Assembly: GCA_964486045.1 (NCBI GenBank)
Contig: CAZALK010000009.1
Span: 64,001 to 128,000 of the forward strand
Reading direction: 5' to 3'
DNA from: an uncultured archaeon
GTDB lineage: Archaea; Asgardarchaeota; Lokiarchaeia; Sigyniarchaeales; SOKP01
Length of the DNA: 64,000 bases
The notes below the pieces were generated by a model. The model was not told the DNA's origin, searched no databases, and worked only from the letters and a program-made list of their open reading frames with translations. The translations under genes were made by a program, and so were the position numbers. Shown in pieces: positions 10,304 through 21,338 of the stretch. Each line of letters starts with the position of its first letter. Positions within the stretch are counted from its first letter, which is position 1.

Positions 10304-11842
10304 ATGATCGATCTCAATAAAAGAGCACTCGAAAACCCTGATAAACCTGCCTACATAATGGCAGGCAGCGGTGAGGTGATTACAAATCTGCAACTTGAGG
10401 AAAGAGCAAATCAATGTGCACATATGTTCCGGGACATGGGCCTGAAAATTGGAGACCATATAGCTATGTTTATGGAAAATAACCGGCATTTCCTGGAAAT
10501 CTGCTGTGCGGCGGCCCGAGCTGGTCTTTTTTATACACCTATTAGTTCCTTTCTCAAAACTTCAGAAATTGAATACATAATAAACAACTCACGTGCGAAA
10601 TTGTTTATTACATCAGCAGCAAAAAGTGAAATGGCAGCAAAACTTACTGACCTTATGCCCAATGTAGCAAAACGCCTGATTGTTGGAGAAGTTATATACG
10701 GTTATAGTTCTTATGATGAGATAATTGCCCAGTACCCTGTTACTCCCATTGATGACCAGATGGCAGGGAATGACATGCTTTATTCCTCAGGGACTACCGG
10801 ACGTCCGAAGGGAATAAAAACAGCCACTGAACTCCTTCCGTATGGCGAAATTACAGCTGGTGGTAAAGGACTTCTTGCCCTTTTTAGCTTTACTGAAAAA
10901 ACCATTTATCTTTCACCCGCACCGCTTTATCATGCTGCTCCACTCAGGTTTTGTATGTCAGTTCTATATGTAGGTGGGACTATCATTGTTATGGAGAGAT
11001 TTAATGCACTCAAATCACTTGAACTAATAGAAAAATACAATGTAAATAACAGTCAGTGGGTACCTACCATGTTCGTGCGAATGCTAAAACTCCCTGAAGA
11101 AGAACGCAATCGATACGATATATCGAGTCTGAAAATTGCCATTCATGCAGCGGCACCTATACCTATACCGGTTAAAGAAAAAATGATTTCGTGGTGGGGA
11201 CCCGTATTAATTGAATATTATGCTGGCACCGAGGGTAATGGGCTTACATTTATAACATCAAAAGAATGGCTGTCACATAAGGGATCAGTAGGGCGCGCAA
11301 TTCTTGGAAAGCTCCACATACTTGATGAAACGGGCAATGAGCTTCCACCGGGAGATCCGGGTGTTATATATTTCTCAGATGGTCCAGAATTCGAGTATTA
11401 TGATGACCCGGAAAAAACTGCTGCTTCACGCAGTCCCCAAGGCTGGTCTACTCTAAATGATGTGGGTTATATGGATAAGGAGGGTTTCCTATATCTTACT
11501 GATCGAACTACAAACATGATTATCTCAGGCGGAGTAAATATATACCCCCAGGAAACGGAAAATATTCTTGTTATGCACCCTAAGGTGATGGACGCCGCAG
11601 TGATAGGTGTTCCCAATGATGTATACGGAGAAGAGGTAAAAGCAATAATACAACTGAGAAATATGACCGATGCAGGTCTGGACTTGGAAAGAGAACTCAT
11701 AGCTTACTGCCATTCAAAACTATCCAAATTAAAATGTCCGGTAAGTGTCGATTTTGAGGCAGAACTTCCAAGAACTCCCACAGGTAAGTTATTGAAAAGA
11801 CTTTTGAAAGAACGCTACTGGAAAGAAGGAAAAATGATTTAA
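10304..11842 (+). CDS. Acyl-CoA synthetase (AMP-forming, FadD4-like)
   Basis: MLYSSGTTGRPKG, PLYHAAP, YYAGTEG, IISGGVNIYP, LPRTPTGK. Confidence 0.93.
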   Translation: MIDLNKRALENPDKPAYIMAGSGEVITNLQLEERANQCAHMFRDMGLKIGDHIAMFMENNRHFLEICCAAARAGLFYTPISSFLKTSEIEYIINNSRAKLFITSAAKSEMAAKLTDLMPNVAKRLIVGEVIYGYSSYDEIIAQYPVTPIDDQMAGNDMLYSSGTTGRPKGIKTATELLPYGEITAGGKGLLALFSFTEKTIYLSPAPLYHAAPLRFCMSVLYVGGTIIVMERFNALKSLELIEKYNVNNSQWVPTMFVRMLKLPEEERNRYDISSLKIAIHAAAPIPIPVKEKMISWWGPVLIEYYAGTEGNGLTFITSKEWLSHKGSVGRAILGKLHILDETGNELPPGDPGVIYFSDGPEFEYYDDPEKTAASRSPQGWSTLNDVGYMDKEGFLYLTDRTTNMIISGGVNIYPQETENILVMHPKVMDAAVIGVPNDVYGEEVKAIIQLRNMTDAGLDLERELIAYCHSKLSKLKCPVSVDFEAELPRTPTGKLLKRLLKERYWKEGKMI

Positions 11843-12008
11843 AAAAATTATTTTTTAATCATGTATGATATTTTACTTCAATTATTTTAGGTTTTTTAAA
11901 TTAATAGGTGGAAGTACCAAAAAAATTTGAGAAAAGTAGACATCTCTACCTTTAATAATTTTTCTTAATTATTTAAGCTAATATTAAAAACGTATATGTG
12001 AAGTTAAT

Positions 12009-13061
12009 ATGGTTTTAGAAACAAATGTAACAAAAATGCTAGGGATTACGCATCCCATAATCGCTGCCCCAATGGGGCCATTCTATACAACCGAGTTAAC
12101 CATTGCCGTTTCAGAAGCTGGTGGACTTGGTGTATTAAGCCATAGTGGTTTAATGAGTGACTTCCAAGCCAGAAAAATTCCTTTAGATATAATGAAGGAA
12201 AATATGCTTGAAGTTGTTGAACACACGGATAAGCCATTTGGGTTTAACATCAGGACTTCCCGAAATGACCCAAGTGCAGTAAATCTTTGCAATGAAATCC
12301 CAAAATTTATCTTAGAGAATCAAAAAATAAAAGAGCAGTGCATTTATGCCGTTACAAGTGCAGGATCTTCAAAGATGTTACCCCAATCAAAATCTTTCCA
12401 AAAGTTAAAAGAAAGTGGTTCTAATATTAAACATTTTCATGTAGCTCCAGCCTTATGGCTTGCTGATAAATGTGTTGCGACGGGAGTAGATGGATTAGTA
12501 ATTACTGGAGGTGAAGGAGGGGGACATCAGTCTTATGAAAGAGTTAGCACCTTAGTTTTGCTTCAACAAGCTATACAAAAACATCCTGATTACCCTATAG
12601 TAGCATGTGGAGGGTTTGCTACAGGTCAAAGTTTAGCAGCTGCTTTAGCTATGGGTGCAGGAGCAGTTGCAATGGGATCAAGATTCATTGCTTCTAAAGA
12701 GAGCGAATTTCATGAAGCATTTAAGAATATTATTCCTCCCGCAAAAGCTCAAGATACAGTCTTAACTACTGGTGCACTAGGCTTAATTCGTTTATGGAAA
12801 AATGATTATTCATTACATCATGAACTAGTAGCAAATAAGGAGGAAAAAATGGCTCAAGAAGCGGCAATCACCCCAGAAGCGGCACTTGAAATGGGAATAA
12901 AATATGGATTAGCTTATAAAGGAAATATAAAGGATGGAGCTGTTCCATTAGGACAAAGCATCGGAATTGCCAATCAAATAGAATCCGTCCCAGATATTAT
13001 TGAAACAATAATGAGAGATGCTGAAAAACACATCAAAAGGGCTTCTAGCTACATAAAATAA
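12009..13061 (+). CDS. Nitronate monooxygenase / enoyl reductase FabK-like flavoenzyme
   Basis: HPIIAAPMG, AVSEAGGLG, GGEGGGH, ACGGFATG, AMGSRF. Confidence 0.92.
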   Translation: MVLETNVTKMLGITHPIIAAPMGPFYTTELTIAVSEAGGLGVLSHSGLMSDFQARKIPLDIMKENMLEVVEHTDKPFGFNIRTSRNDPSAVNLCNEIPKFILENQKIKEQCIYAVTSAGSSKMLPQSKSFQKLKESGSNIKHFHVAPALWLADKCVATGVDGLVITGGEGGGHQSYERVSTLVLLQQAIQKHPDYPIVACGGFATGQSLAAALAMGAGAVAMGSRFIASKESEFHEAFKNIIPPAKAQDTVLTTGALGLIRLWKNDYSLHHELVANKEEKMAQEAAITPEAALEMGIKYGLAYKGNIKDGAVPLGQSIGIANQIESVPDIIETIMRDAEKHIKRASSYIK

Positions 13062-13142
13062 ATTCTTCAATTCTATTTTTCAATTCTAATTTTATTTTCC
13101 TTGAATAATGTATGATTAGGAGTTCAGCGTAATAGAGATTAT

Positions 13143-14960
13143 TTAAAATTTGTATTTCCGTTGATTTATCCTTTCTAAGATGTTTTTTGTTAAAATCGTA
13201 TATTTAGATTCATTGGGTAATAGGATATATACTTGATCTCTCATTGTTTCAAATTTAAAACCTTCTTTTTTTAAATCCACTTTCCTAAATTTAAACGTTG
13301 AAGTGGCTGATAAACCGGATTTAAACCTAATAAAAATGGGGATCGCATATGAGGGAAGATTACTTTTTAGATGAATAATTAGATTATTAAAATCAAAATC
13401 CTTAATTTCGACATTTGAAACAATAGAAGCCATTCCAGCACGTCCGTCAGTACCAGGAATTTTTACACCATATGCAGAAGACATAGATATTTGTTCAAAA
13501 ACATTAAGAACTTCTTCTACTTCAGTCGTAGAAACATTTTGAGCTTTCCAACGGAATGTATCCCCTAAACGATCTATAAATTGAACATGATTACAACCCT
13601 GATCTCTCATTAAGTCTCCCGAATTGAAATAATTATCCCCTTTTTTAAATACATTTCGAAAAATCTTCCTTTCTGTAGCTTCTTTATTTGTATAACCACG
13701 AAAAACTGTTTCGTCATCAATTTCCCAGAGTAGCAGACCTGTTCCGCCAAGTCCGATTATATCCATGAATCCATCTTTGTTAAATATTGGTTTTTCCTCT
13801 TCTATGTTATATTTGACAATTGCATAAGAGTTAGAGCTGAAACCAACGGTGCAATCAAAGTTAAGCAAATTCCCAAATCCTCTACTAATTTCAGATGCTC
13901 CATAAACTTCAACCACATTTTGGATATCAAAACGTTTCTTAAATTTCTTCCATATATCAGGTCTTAATCCATTTCCAATAATGGTTTTTACATTGTTCTC
14001 TTTATCATAAGGCGTAGGGACTTTGTTTAAAAGATATCGGCATACTTCGCCAACATAACAAAAGGCTGTAGCTTCAAATTTTTTTATATCATCCCAAAAT
14101 CGGGAGATCGTTAATTTTCGACTTAAAGCGACGGCTGCACCAGGACCTACAGCAACTCCCCACCCTACAAGCAATGCTGTAGTGTGGAAAAATGGTAATG
14201 GAATATAAATTATATCATCCGAGGTGAATTTTAGGGCATAAAATCCACCATAGCATGCACCAACCATACGAGAATGAGAAAATATTGATGCTTTTGGTAA
14301 ACCTGTAGTCCCCGATGTAAATATATAAGCTAATTGATCAGAACCCTTTACTTTAGATGTTGTGACAGGATTTTTTATGGAGAAATCTCTTACAGTCTTA
14401 GAAAGATCAATAAATCCCTTTGGGAGTGGAATCTTGCCTTTGTCATGTAAAAATAAGAGTACATGTTCCGATGATAGATTCAATGTAGGTTGAACACTTT
14501 TGAATGCTTCATAAGATATTTCATCTACTATGATAAATCTTTCAAGGGTTAACTTTAAACTATGAACAAGAGAACTTTTACGTTGATCTGTATTGATTAA
14601 TGAACCTATAGCCCCAATTTTCCCTAAAGCCGTAAATATAAATAAGTATTCTGGTCTGTTGGTCACCAATACTTCTATTACTTCACCTTTTTTCACTCCT
14701 TTTGAAATAAAATAATTAGCGTATCGATTTACCCATTCATTAAATTCTTTGTGAGTTAAACTGATTTCTTCAAATTTAAGAGCAGTCTTATCTGAATATA
14801 TTCGAGCATTTCTTTCAATCATTGTACCCCACGAAGTTTTATTTTCAACAAGGGTTTTTATTGAATCTTCGATAACTGAAGCGTATTTTTTGTTAAATTC
14901 TTCCAATCTCTTAACAAATTCTTTTTCATCAATTAGATCTAATTCTTTTAGCTCTTGCAT
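13143..14960 (-). CDS. Long-chain acyl-CoA synthetase (FATP/FadD6-like)
   Basis: YIFTSGTTGLPKA, YVGEVCRY, DRLGDTFRWKAQNVST; paralog of 7130..8914. Confidence 0.93.
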   Translation of the reverse strand: MQELKELDLIDEKEFVKRLEEFNKKYASVIEDSIKTLVENKTSWGTMIERNARIYSDKTALKFEEISLTHKEFNEWVNRYANYFISKGVKKGEVIEVLVTNRPEYLFIFTALGKIGAIGSLINTDQRKSSLVHSLKLTLERFIIVDEISYEAFKSVQPTLNLSSEHVLLFLHDKGKIPLPKGFIDLSKTVRDFSIKNPVTTSKVKGSDQLAYIFTSGTTGLPKASIFSHSRMVGACYGGFYALKFTSDDIIYIPLPFFHTTALLVGWGVAVGPGAAVALSRKLTISRFWDDIKKFEATAFCYVGEVCRYLLNKVPTPYDKENNVKTIIGNGLRPDIWKKFKKRFDIQNVVEVYGASEISRGFGNLLNFDCTVGFSSNSYAIVKYNIEEEKPIFNKDGFMDIIGLGGTGLLLWEIDDETVFRGYTNKEATERKIFRNVFKKGDNYFNSGDLMRDQGCNHVQFIDRLGDTFRWKAQNVSTTEVEEVLNVFEQISMSSAYGVKIPGTDGRAGMASIVSNVEIKDFDFNNLIIHLKSNLPSYAIPIFIRFKSGLSATSTFKFRKVDLKKEGFKFETMRDQVYILLPNESKYTILTKNILERINQRKYKF

Positions 14961-15127
14961 TTTTTGTAATCGCGTTTAATTAATTATTTAAGTCATTTTT
15001 CAGATCTCTATAGAACTTTTTGTTAAAAGAATAAAGATCTATTAAATTATTTAAATTTTATCTATATTGAAAAAAAATTTTATGACGCAACCTTTCCTGA
15101 AATTCATAATTAGTTTCATTAGGACTT

Positions 15128-15244
15128 CCATTAGGACAAAGTATTAGAATTGTTAATAAAATAGAAAAAATGTCTGAAATCGTAAATAAGATAATAAAAG
15201 ATGCTGAGAAAAACTTGAGCAAAGCTTATACGTATTTAAAATAA
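15128..15244 (+). pseudogene. C-terminal remnant of a fourth NMO/FabK-like paralog
   Basis: Manual translation PLGQSIRIVNKIEKMSEIVNKIIKDAEKNLSKAYTYLK* aligns with the last 38 aa of 12009..13061. Confidence 0.85.
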
Positions 15245-15368
15245 CAATATTTTTTTCTATCTTTATATATATAGAATAAATTTTAAAAGATTTAGGAATA
15301 ATCTGGTTATCCGTCGTTACTAAAGAATTTGAGGAATAAATAGAAATTAAAAAATAAAAAATAAATTT

Positions 15369-15926
15369 TTAAACCTTTTTTGGCTTGAAAACAATAGAAG
15401 GTTTTGTTCTTTCGGAGTATTTAAATCCTGATGTTTCTTGAATATTACCATATTTTGATTTTAGATCATCTAACGATCCAGAATCTAGAGCTCTCGTGTA
15501 ACATGTTTCAACACATATAGGTTTCTGATTATTCAAGTGACGTTCAAGACAAAAGTTGCATTTTCGCATTTTCGCACCTTCTTCTAACCCGAACTGTGGT
15601 GAATTATATGGGCATGCTTTTAGACATTTCACATTGCATTCTTTATTGCCTAAGCATACTTCACTATTTACAACTACAATTCCATCTTCATCTCTCTTAG
15701 AAATTGCCTTTGGTGGACACACTGGCATGCAAACGGGATCTTCGCAATGATAACATGGAGAGATTAAATAACTTACGAAGAGATCTGGTATATCACCACT
15801 CTCTTCGTATAAAATTCTCATCCAATTTTCGGGACCCGCATCGATATCATTCCAATCTTTACACGCAACACTACAAGCTTTACAGCCCGTGCATCTAGTT
15901 TGGTTAAAATAGAATCCCATTTGCAT
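15369..15926 (-). CDS. DmsB-like four-cluster Fe-S subunit
   Basis: CTGCKACSVAC, CYHCEDPVCMPVCP, CLKACPY, KCNFC...PICVETC; start overlaps the upstream stop (TAATG). Confidence 0.93.
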   Translation of the reverse strand: MQMGFYFNQTRCTGCKACSVACKDWNDIDAGPENWMRILYEESGDIPDLFVSYLISPCYHCEDPVCMPVCPPKAISKRDEDGIVVVNSEVCLGNKECNVKCLKACPYNSPQFGLEEGAKMRKCNFCLERHLNNQKPICVETCYTRALDSGSLDDLKSKYGNIQETSGFKYSERTKPSIVFKPKKV

Positions 15927-18241
15927 TATTTGGAACCTCCAATTTCTAGTTTTACTTGAACTAAGGCTGTTTTAAGAGTAACAGCACCACCTTCCGAAAA
16001 TTCATCCTTTGTAAGCGTATTTGCGCAAGCTCCTCTATCTATCCCATTCTGGTCGGGAGTATACCATGTTCCTTCTTTAATGCTTACTACTCCTGGGATG
16101 ATGCGCTTAGTTACCCACGCTTCAATTGCAACAATACCCCGGTCATTAAAAGCTAAGCAATTATCTCCATTTTTTATTCCCCTTGGTTCAGCGTCGACTG
16201 GGTTTATCCACATCCTATGAGGAAACGCTTCTTGAAGCCATTTTACCTTGTATAATTCTGAATGAACCTGGTTTCTGGGATGAGGCGTAAGTAATTGAAG
16301 AGGATATTTTTCTACTAGAGAGTCATCTCTATTTTCCCAAGTAGGAACATATTTTGCAACTGGAGGGCATAGAGGGTTGTTAAAACTCGCTATCTGATCA
16401 GAAAATAATTCTATTTTGCCCGATGGAGTTGGAAATGGGTTGTTTTCAAAATCGTCTATATTCTTCTTGAAAGCCACGTAGGGTTCTTTCAGATCAACCC
16501 TTTGAATGCCGTCTTCTCTGTATTTCTTATAATCCTTGATATTTTCTCTTAAATCTTGTGCCATCACAACAAATAATCTTAGGAATTTATCATTTATATC
16601 ATCATATCCTTCGACTAGATCTTTCACTTTACCTGGCATATTTTTGAGGAAAGCATGGAGTACATGTTCCCTTTTGAAATTCTCAATTCCTAATTTTTCT
16701 GCTAATTCTTCAGCGATCTGAATGTCAGGTTTACATTCACCTATTGGTTCAATTGCTTTATTCATATGACCATAATAGGGACCTGAAGGCCATGGTCTTG
16801 TAAGATCGGTCTTTTCAGCAAAACTAGTGACCGGTAGAACAATGTCAGCATATTGGGCAGTAGGAGTTAACCACAATTCAGGGACAACCACAAATAGGTC
16901 TTCCCTTTTCATAGCTTTAGCTGATTTATTGCAATTCCCCATTTGATTTAAAAAATTGCATCCCACAAACATGGCAAATTTTACGTCAAATGGATATCCT
17001 CCAGATTTACCTTTAAGAATAGCATCAAACAACTTATTGACATGAACTCTTGTGTCTAATCGGTCCCTTGGGTTGATATTTCCTCTTAGAGATTTTCCTT
17101 TAGGGAAAGCTTTATTAACCCCAGGAGGAATTGCTATACCTCTAAACATGTGAGCCCAAGGAATTCCGTGAAGACCACCACACGCACTTCCTCCATTTAT
17201 TCCTATATTCCCTGTCATTGCGGAAAGTGTAATTGCACCTCTTGTATATTGTCCACCCATTGCTGAACGTGCTGGACCTTGACAATCTTCTAATGCAGCT
17301 GGTTTGGTAGTTGCATATTCACGAGCTAATTGTTCTATTACTTGAGCTTTCACTCCGCAAATCTTTTCTGCCCACTCAGGAGATTTTGGTATTCCATCCT
17401 CATCTCCTAGGACATAATCCTTGTATTTATCGAATCCATGTGTAAATCTATCAAGATATGCTTGATCGTGGAGATTTTCATTGATCATTACGTATGCCAT
17501 GGCGGCCATCATGGCAGTATCGGTTCCCGGGATAATGGGGATCCATTGATCTGCTGCGATAACAGCACTATCAGAATAACGAGGGTCAATTACAATAATC
17601 TTCGTACCATTTTCTTTCGCTTTAATAAGCCAGTAAGTAGTATTGGTACCGGCAATCATCCTTGCGGGGTCCCAACCCCACATGATGATAAGTTTAGTGT
17701 TCATCCAATCTTCACGGCTGTGTCCTACGAAAATTTGACCAAAACCGTATGATGCTTGAGTGCCAAAAACTGCTCCTTGCGATGAGGGGTTTCCATATGT
17801 AGTTGAAAATCCACCTAAAGCGTTAATTAACCTAGCATAAGCTACAGTAGGATTATGCAAAGCTCCCAAATATCCTCCACCCCCAGCCATAAACACACTC
17901 TGATTCCCATATTTTTCTATAACTTCTTTTAGCTTACTAGCAATAGTTTCATAAGCTTCATCCCAAGTAATTCTCTCAAATTTACCCGAACCTTTTGGAC
18001 CTGCCCTTTTTAAAGGATATTTCAGACGTTCTGGATTATAGACATATTGCCGTATTGCTCTGCATCTAATACAAGTTCTTAGTTGTTTATCAGAACCAGC
18101 GCTATCATCTCCCTCAACTTTAATTATTTTTCCATCTTTCACATGAAGTCTTAAGGGACATCTTCCACCACAATCGAATGCTGAAGTTGTCCTTACTATC
18201 TTAAGGTCTCCTTCATTTGTACTACTTATTTGATTTTCCAT
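15926..18241 (-). CDS. DMSO-reductase-family molybdopterin oxidoreductase catalytic subunit (DmsA-like, no Tat signal)
   Basis: DCGGRCPL, RLKYPLKR, FERITWDEA, PGTDTA, TPSGKIE, PLQLLTPH, WINPVDA; start moved to ATG 18241 after SD AGGTGAT. Confidence 0.92.
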   Translation of the reverse strand: MENQISSTNEGDLKIVRTTSAFDCGGRCPLRLHVKDGKIIKVEGDDSAGSDKQLRTCIRCRAIRQYVYNPERLKYPLKRAGPKGSGKFERITWDEAYETIASKLKEVIEKYGNQSVFMAGGGGYLGALHNPTVAYARLINALGGFSTTYGNPSSQGAVFGTQASYGFGQIFVGHSREDWMNTKLIIMWGWDPARMIAGTNTTYWLIKAKENGTKIIVIDPRYSDSAVIAADQWIPIIPGTDTAMMAAMAYVMINENLHDQAYLDRFTHGFDKYKDYVLGDEDGIPKSPEWAEKICGVKAQVIEQLAREYATTKPAALEDCQGPARSAMGGQYTRGAITLSAMTGNIGINGGSACGGLHGIPWAHMFRGIAIPPGVNKAFPKGKSLRGNINPRDRLDTRVHVNKLFDAILKGKSGGYPFDVKFAMFVGCNFLNQMGNCNKSAKAMKREDLFVVVPELWLTPTAQYADIVLPVTSFAEKTDLTRPWPSGPYYGHMNKAIEPIGECKPDIQIAEELAEKLGIENFKREHVLHAFLKNMPGKVKDLVEGYDDINDKFLRLFVVMAQDLRENIKDYKKYREDGIQRVDLKEPYVAFKKNIDDFENNPFPTPSGKIELFSDQIASFNNPLCPPVAKYVPTWENRDDSLVEKYPLQLLTPHPRNQVHSELYKVKWLQEAFPHRMWINPVDAEPRGIKNGDNCLAFNDRGIVAIEAWVTKRIIPGVVSIKEGTWYTPDQNGIDRGACANTLTKDEFSEGGAVTLKTALVQVKLEIGGSK

Positions 18242-18452
18242 AAGATCACCTTCATTACTATCTATATAACTTAATAAAAAACATTTTTTATAATTTAAAT
18301 TTATAAATAAAATTAAGCTATCCAAGAGAAATTTTTCTCAACTAAAAAGTTTAATAAGTTTATCTAAAAATATTCAATATTTTGTAATACTCATAGACTA
18401 AAAAGAAAAAAAAATGATTATACTAATTTTTGTTTAACATTTATTGTGTAAG

Positions 18453-19757
18453 TTAAAGTGCTTCAACTATGGTGGCAATTCCTACGCCAAACCCACCACA
18501 CATTAATTGAACGCCATATTTCTTATTGTAATTCTTAAGGTAGTGTATCATTTCTCCAAAATAAATTACTCCACTCGCTCCAATCGGATGACCTATTGCA
18601 ATTGCACCCCCTGTCGGGTTAACTCTAGGATCATCAAATTCATAACCAAAGTCCTTCGAAAAAGCCAAGCAAGGACTTGCAAAAGCTTCATTGGGTTCAA
18701 TTACATCCATATCGTCCACTGTAAGATCTGCTCGTTGTAATGCTTTTTTCATTGCAGGGATCGGTGCTAACAACATGATAATAGGTTCTCCACCAGCTAC
18801 AGCAGTTGATAGAATTCTAGCCATTGGTTTTAATCCTAACTCATCTGCCTTCTCTCGGGACATTAAAAGTGTTGCTGAAGCTCCATCGACTATTTGTGAA
18901 GAATTTCCTGCAGTTGTCATACCACCTTTTTCAGGGGTTCTAAACACGGGTTTCAAACTGCTTATCATTCCCCATCCTTTATCGGGATCATCTAAGTATA
19001 CAGAACGTACTGTCTGATCCTTTGTAATTGTAACTTCTTCGACTATCTGCTTTCCAGTTTTCTCATCCTTTATTGGCTTCATATTTTCATCGGTATGTCT
19101 TTTATCATAAGTCACCGGAACCACACGCTTAAAGTACTCTTCTTCATTCCTCATAGCTTTAGTTGCTTTTTGATGGCTCCACATGCCAAATCGGTCTAAT
19201 TCTTCTCTTTTAAATCCATACCTATCATTGATCATCTCTGATGAAACTCCTTGAGGTACCAAACCAAGCTTTCCAAACCCTGAAGACAACATCACGGGAT
19301 AGTTGGGAACTTGTCTGATAATCTGCATGTCTGAACCCATCGCATAATGGGTCATCGACTCAACCCCAGCTGCAATGCAAATGTCTCCATCGCCTACTCG
19401 AATAGCATTAGCCGCCGTATTAACTGCTTGGAGCCCTGAATTACAATATCTATTCACTGTTGCTCCAGCTATTTCTTGAGGTAACCCAGCAAGCATTAAT
19501 GCAATCCGTGCAATGTTCCCACCTTGTTCTCCTAATTGAGATAGACATCCAACTTGACAATCTTCGATTTCTTTAGGATCAAAGTCTGCACTTTTTGCCT
19601 GGGTTCTCTCAACAACTGATTTTAACACTGTCACCAGTAAATCTTGAGCTGAAATTTCTCGGAATGCTCCTCCGAGTTTTTTCATCTGAGCCCTACCAGA
19701 TTTGCCAATAGGGGTGCGAACTGCATCAATAACTACACATTCTTTTAATTCTTTCAT
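18453..19757 (-). CDS. Acetyl-CoA C-acyltransferase (thiolase)
   Basis: DAVRTPIG, VNRYCNSG (catalytic Cys), NEAF, GGAIAIGHPIGASG, MCGGFG. Confidence 0.95.
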   Translation of the reverse strand: MKELKECVVIDAVRTPIGKSGRAQMKKLGGAFREISAQDLLVTVLKSVVERTQAKSADFDPKEIEDCQVGCLSQLGEQGGNIARIALMLAGLPQEIAGATVNRYCNSGLQAVNTAANAIRVGDGDICIAAGVESMTHYAMGSDMQIIRQVPNYPVMLSSGFGKLGLVPQGVSSEMINDRYGFKREELDRFGMWSHQKATKAMRNEEEYFKRVVPVTYDKRHTDENMKPIKDEKTGKQIVEEVTITKDQTVRSVYLDDPDKGWGMISSLKPVFRTPEKGGMTTAGNSSQIVDGASATLLMSREKADELGLKPMARILSTAVAGGEPIIMLLAPIPAMKKALQRADLTVDDMDVIEPNEAFASPCLAFSKDFGYEFDDPRVNPTGGAIAIGHPIGASGVIYFGEMIHYLKNYNKKYGVQLMCGGFGVGIATIVEAL

Positions 19758-19763
19758 ATTTTA

Positions 19764-20918
19764 TCACTCCAATATTACATTTTCTTCTTTTTTAACCTTT
19801 GTAGGTAAGTTTAGTATAATTTCTGTCGCTTCAGTCATTATATCTTGAATTAAATCATGAACAGTTGGTATCGAGTGAATCCTACCAGTGACAACTCCCG
19901 CATTCATAAGGCTTTTATTCTCATCCTCATCAAGTAATTTCTTGAATCCCTTTTCTTCTAGAATACGGATTTTGTCTGTACTTGGACATGGTTTTCCACG
20001 ATAAAGATCTGAAGCCCCATCAATAGTCGCATCTATAACTTCTAGAGATGCTGGATTTATTAAAAACCTCATTGGACCAAATATCCCTCGTCCCACAATT
20101 GTGTCAAATTCTGTGGCTTTTACTAGCTGTTCTTTCCACATCTGTTCGAAATCAGCTTCTTGAGTAGCGATAAACCGAGTTCCCATCTGAACTCCAATCG
20201 CACCTAAAGCAAGAGCTGCTGCTAGAGTTGCACCATCAGCAAACCCTCCTGCACCAACAACAGGTAAATTAACAGTTCTTACAACTTCGGGAAGAAGTAC
20301 CATAGATGAAGTATCTCTCCAAGCACAATGTGCTCCTCCTTCCCTTCCAGAAGCAATAATTATATCTACACCTGTTCTTTCAGCTCTTTTTGCACCTCTT
20401 ACATTTGGACACACTTGACACCATATTATATCAGGTAATTCTTTTTTTACTTCGAGGAATGCCTTTTTTGATCCCTTCTCTTTGGCATTTATCGCCCAAG
20501 GAAGTGGATCACCAGCAGACGTAACCATTACCCTTAGTTTTTTCTTAATTTCAGGTGTTTCATTAAAAATCTCGATAACAGCTAGCATAAATTGTTTTGA
20601 AACCATAGTAAACTCCTTAGCTATCGGTATATTGACACCGAATTTAGCATCGGGGTAATCTTCAAGTTTTTCATAAACATATCTTATCGTTTGTTTGAGA
20701 ACATTTTTAGCACTACCACCAACCCCAAAATCCAGCTTTCGATCTTCTTCAGGTATAAAGTTCACGTCTGGTCCTGCCATACCAATTGTTGAGATCAGAC
20801 CTAAACCACCTTCTTTTGCTACAGCGATACATAATTTTGTTGTTGCGTATGGTCCCATCCCTGCTTGTATAATTGGATATTTTGTTCCAATAATTTCTTG
20901 GAATTTTGTTTGTATCAT
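19764..20918 (-). CDS. Nitronate monooxygenase / FabK-like flavoenzyme
   Basis: YPIIQAGMG, EGGAH, GAGGFADG, QMGTRF; 6 nt upstream of the thiolase. Confidence 0.92.
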   Translation of the reverse strand: MIQTKFQEIIGTKYPIIQAGMGPYATTKLCIAVAKEGGLGLISTIGMAGPDVNFIPEEDRKLDFGVGGSAKNVLKQTIRYVYEKLEDYPDAKFGVNIPIAKEFTMVSKQFMLAVIEIFNETPEIKKKLRVMVTSAGDPLPWAINAKEKGSKKAFLEVKKELPDIIWCQVCPNVRGAKRAERTGVDIIIASGREGGAHCAWRDTSSMVLLPEVVRTVNLPVVGAGGFADGATLAAALALGAIGVQMGTRFIATQEADFEQMWKEQLVKATEFDTIVGRGIFGPMRFLINPASLEVIDATIDGASDLYRGKPCPSTDKIRILEEKGFKKLLDEDENKSLMNAGVVTGRIHSIPTVHDLIQDIMTEATEIILNLPTKVKKEENVILE

Positions 20919-21338
20919 TATATTTCAGTTTTTTTTGTTTTTTTTGATAATTTACAACCTAAAATGTAATTATTGTAATAAATTTTACATCCTTTCTAAA
21001 TAAAACTATCTGACTTTATAAACAACTAATTCATGATTCTCAACTTCCAATCCAGGTTAAGCAATTTCTAATGATTTAGGAATTCTACTCGTCTTTTAAA
21101 CCCGCAATTTCTTTCATCTTAATAAAAATAGTCATAATATTTATTTCAAATGAAGGTTCTTCTATGGGATCGATTAAACAGTTGAGTCATTCTAACACCC
21201 TTATTTTTATATATATTTTTTCTTAAGTTGGAATAAATCTTTATTGAAATGATTATTTTTAAAGAATAATCAAACCTTAATATAAATTTTCTTAATACCC
21301 CATTACAGTTTCAGAAAACAAATCAATTGGAATTTGGA

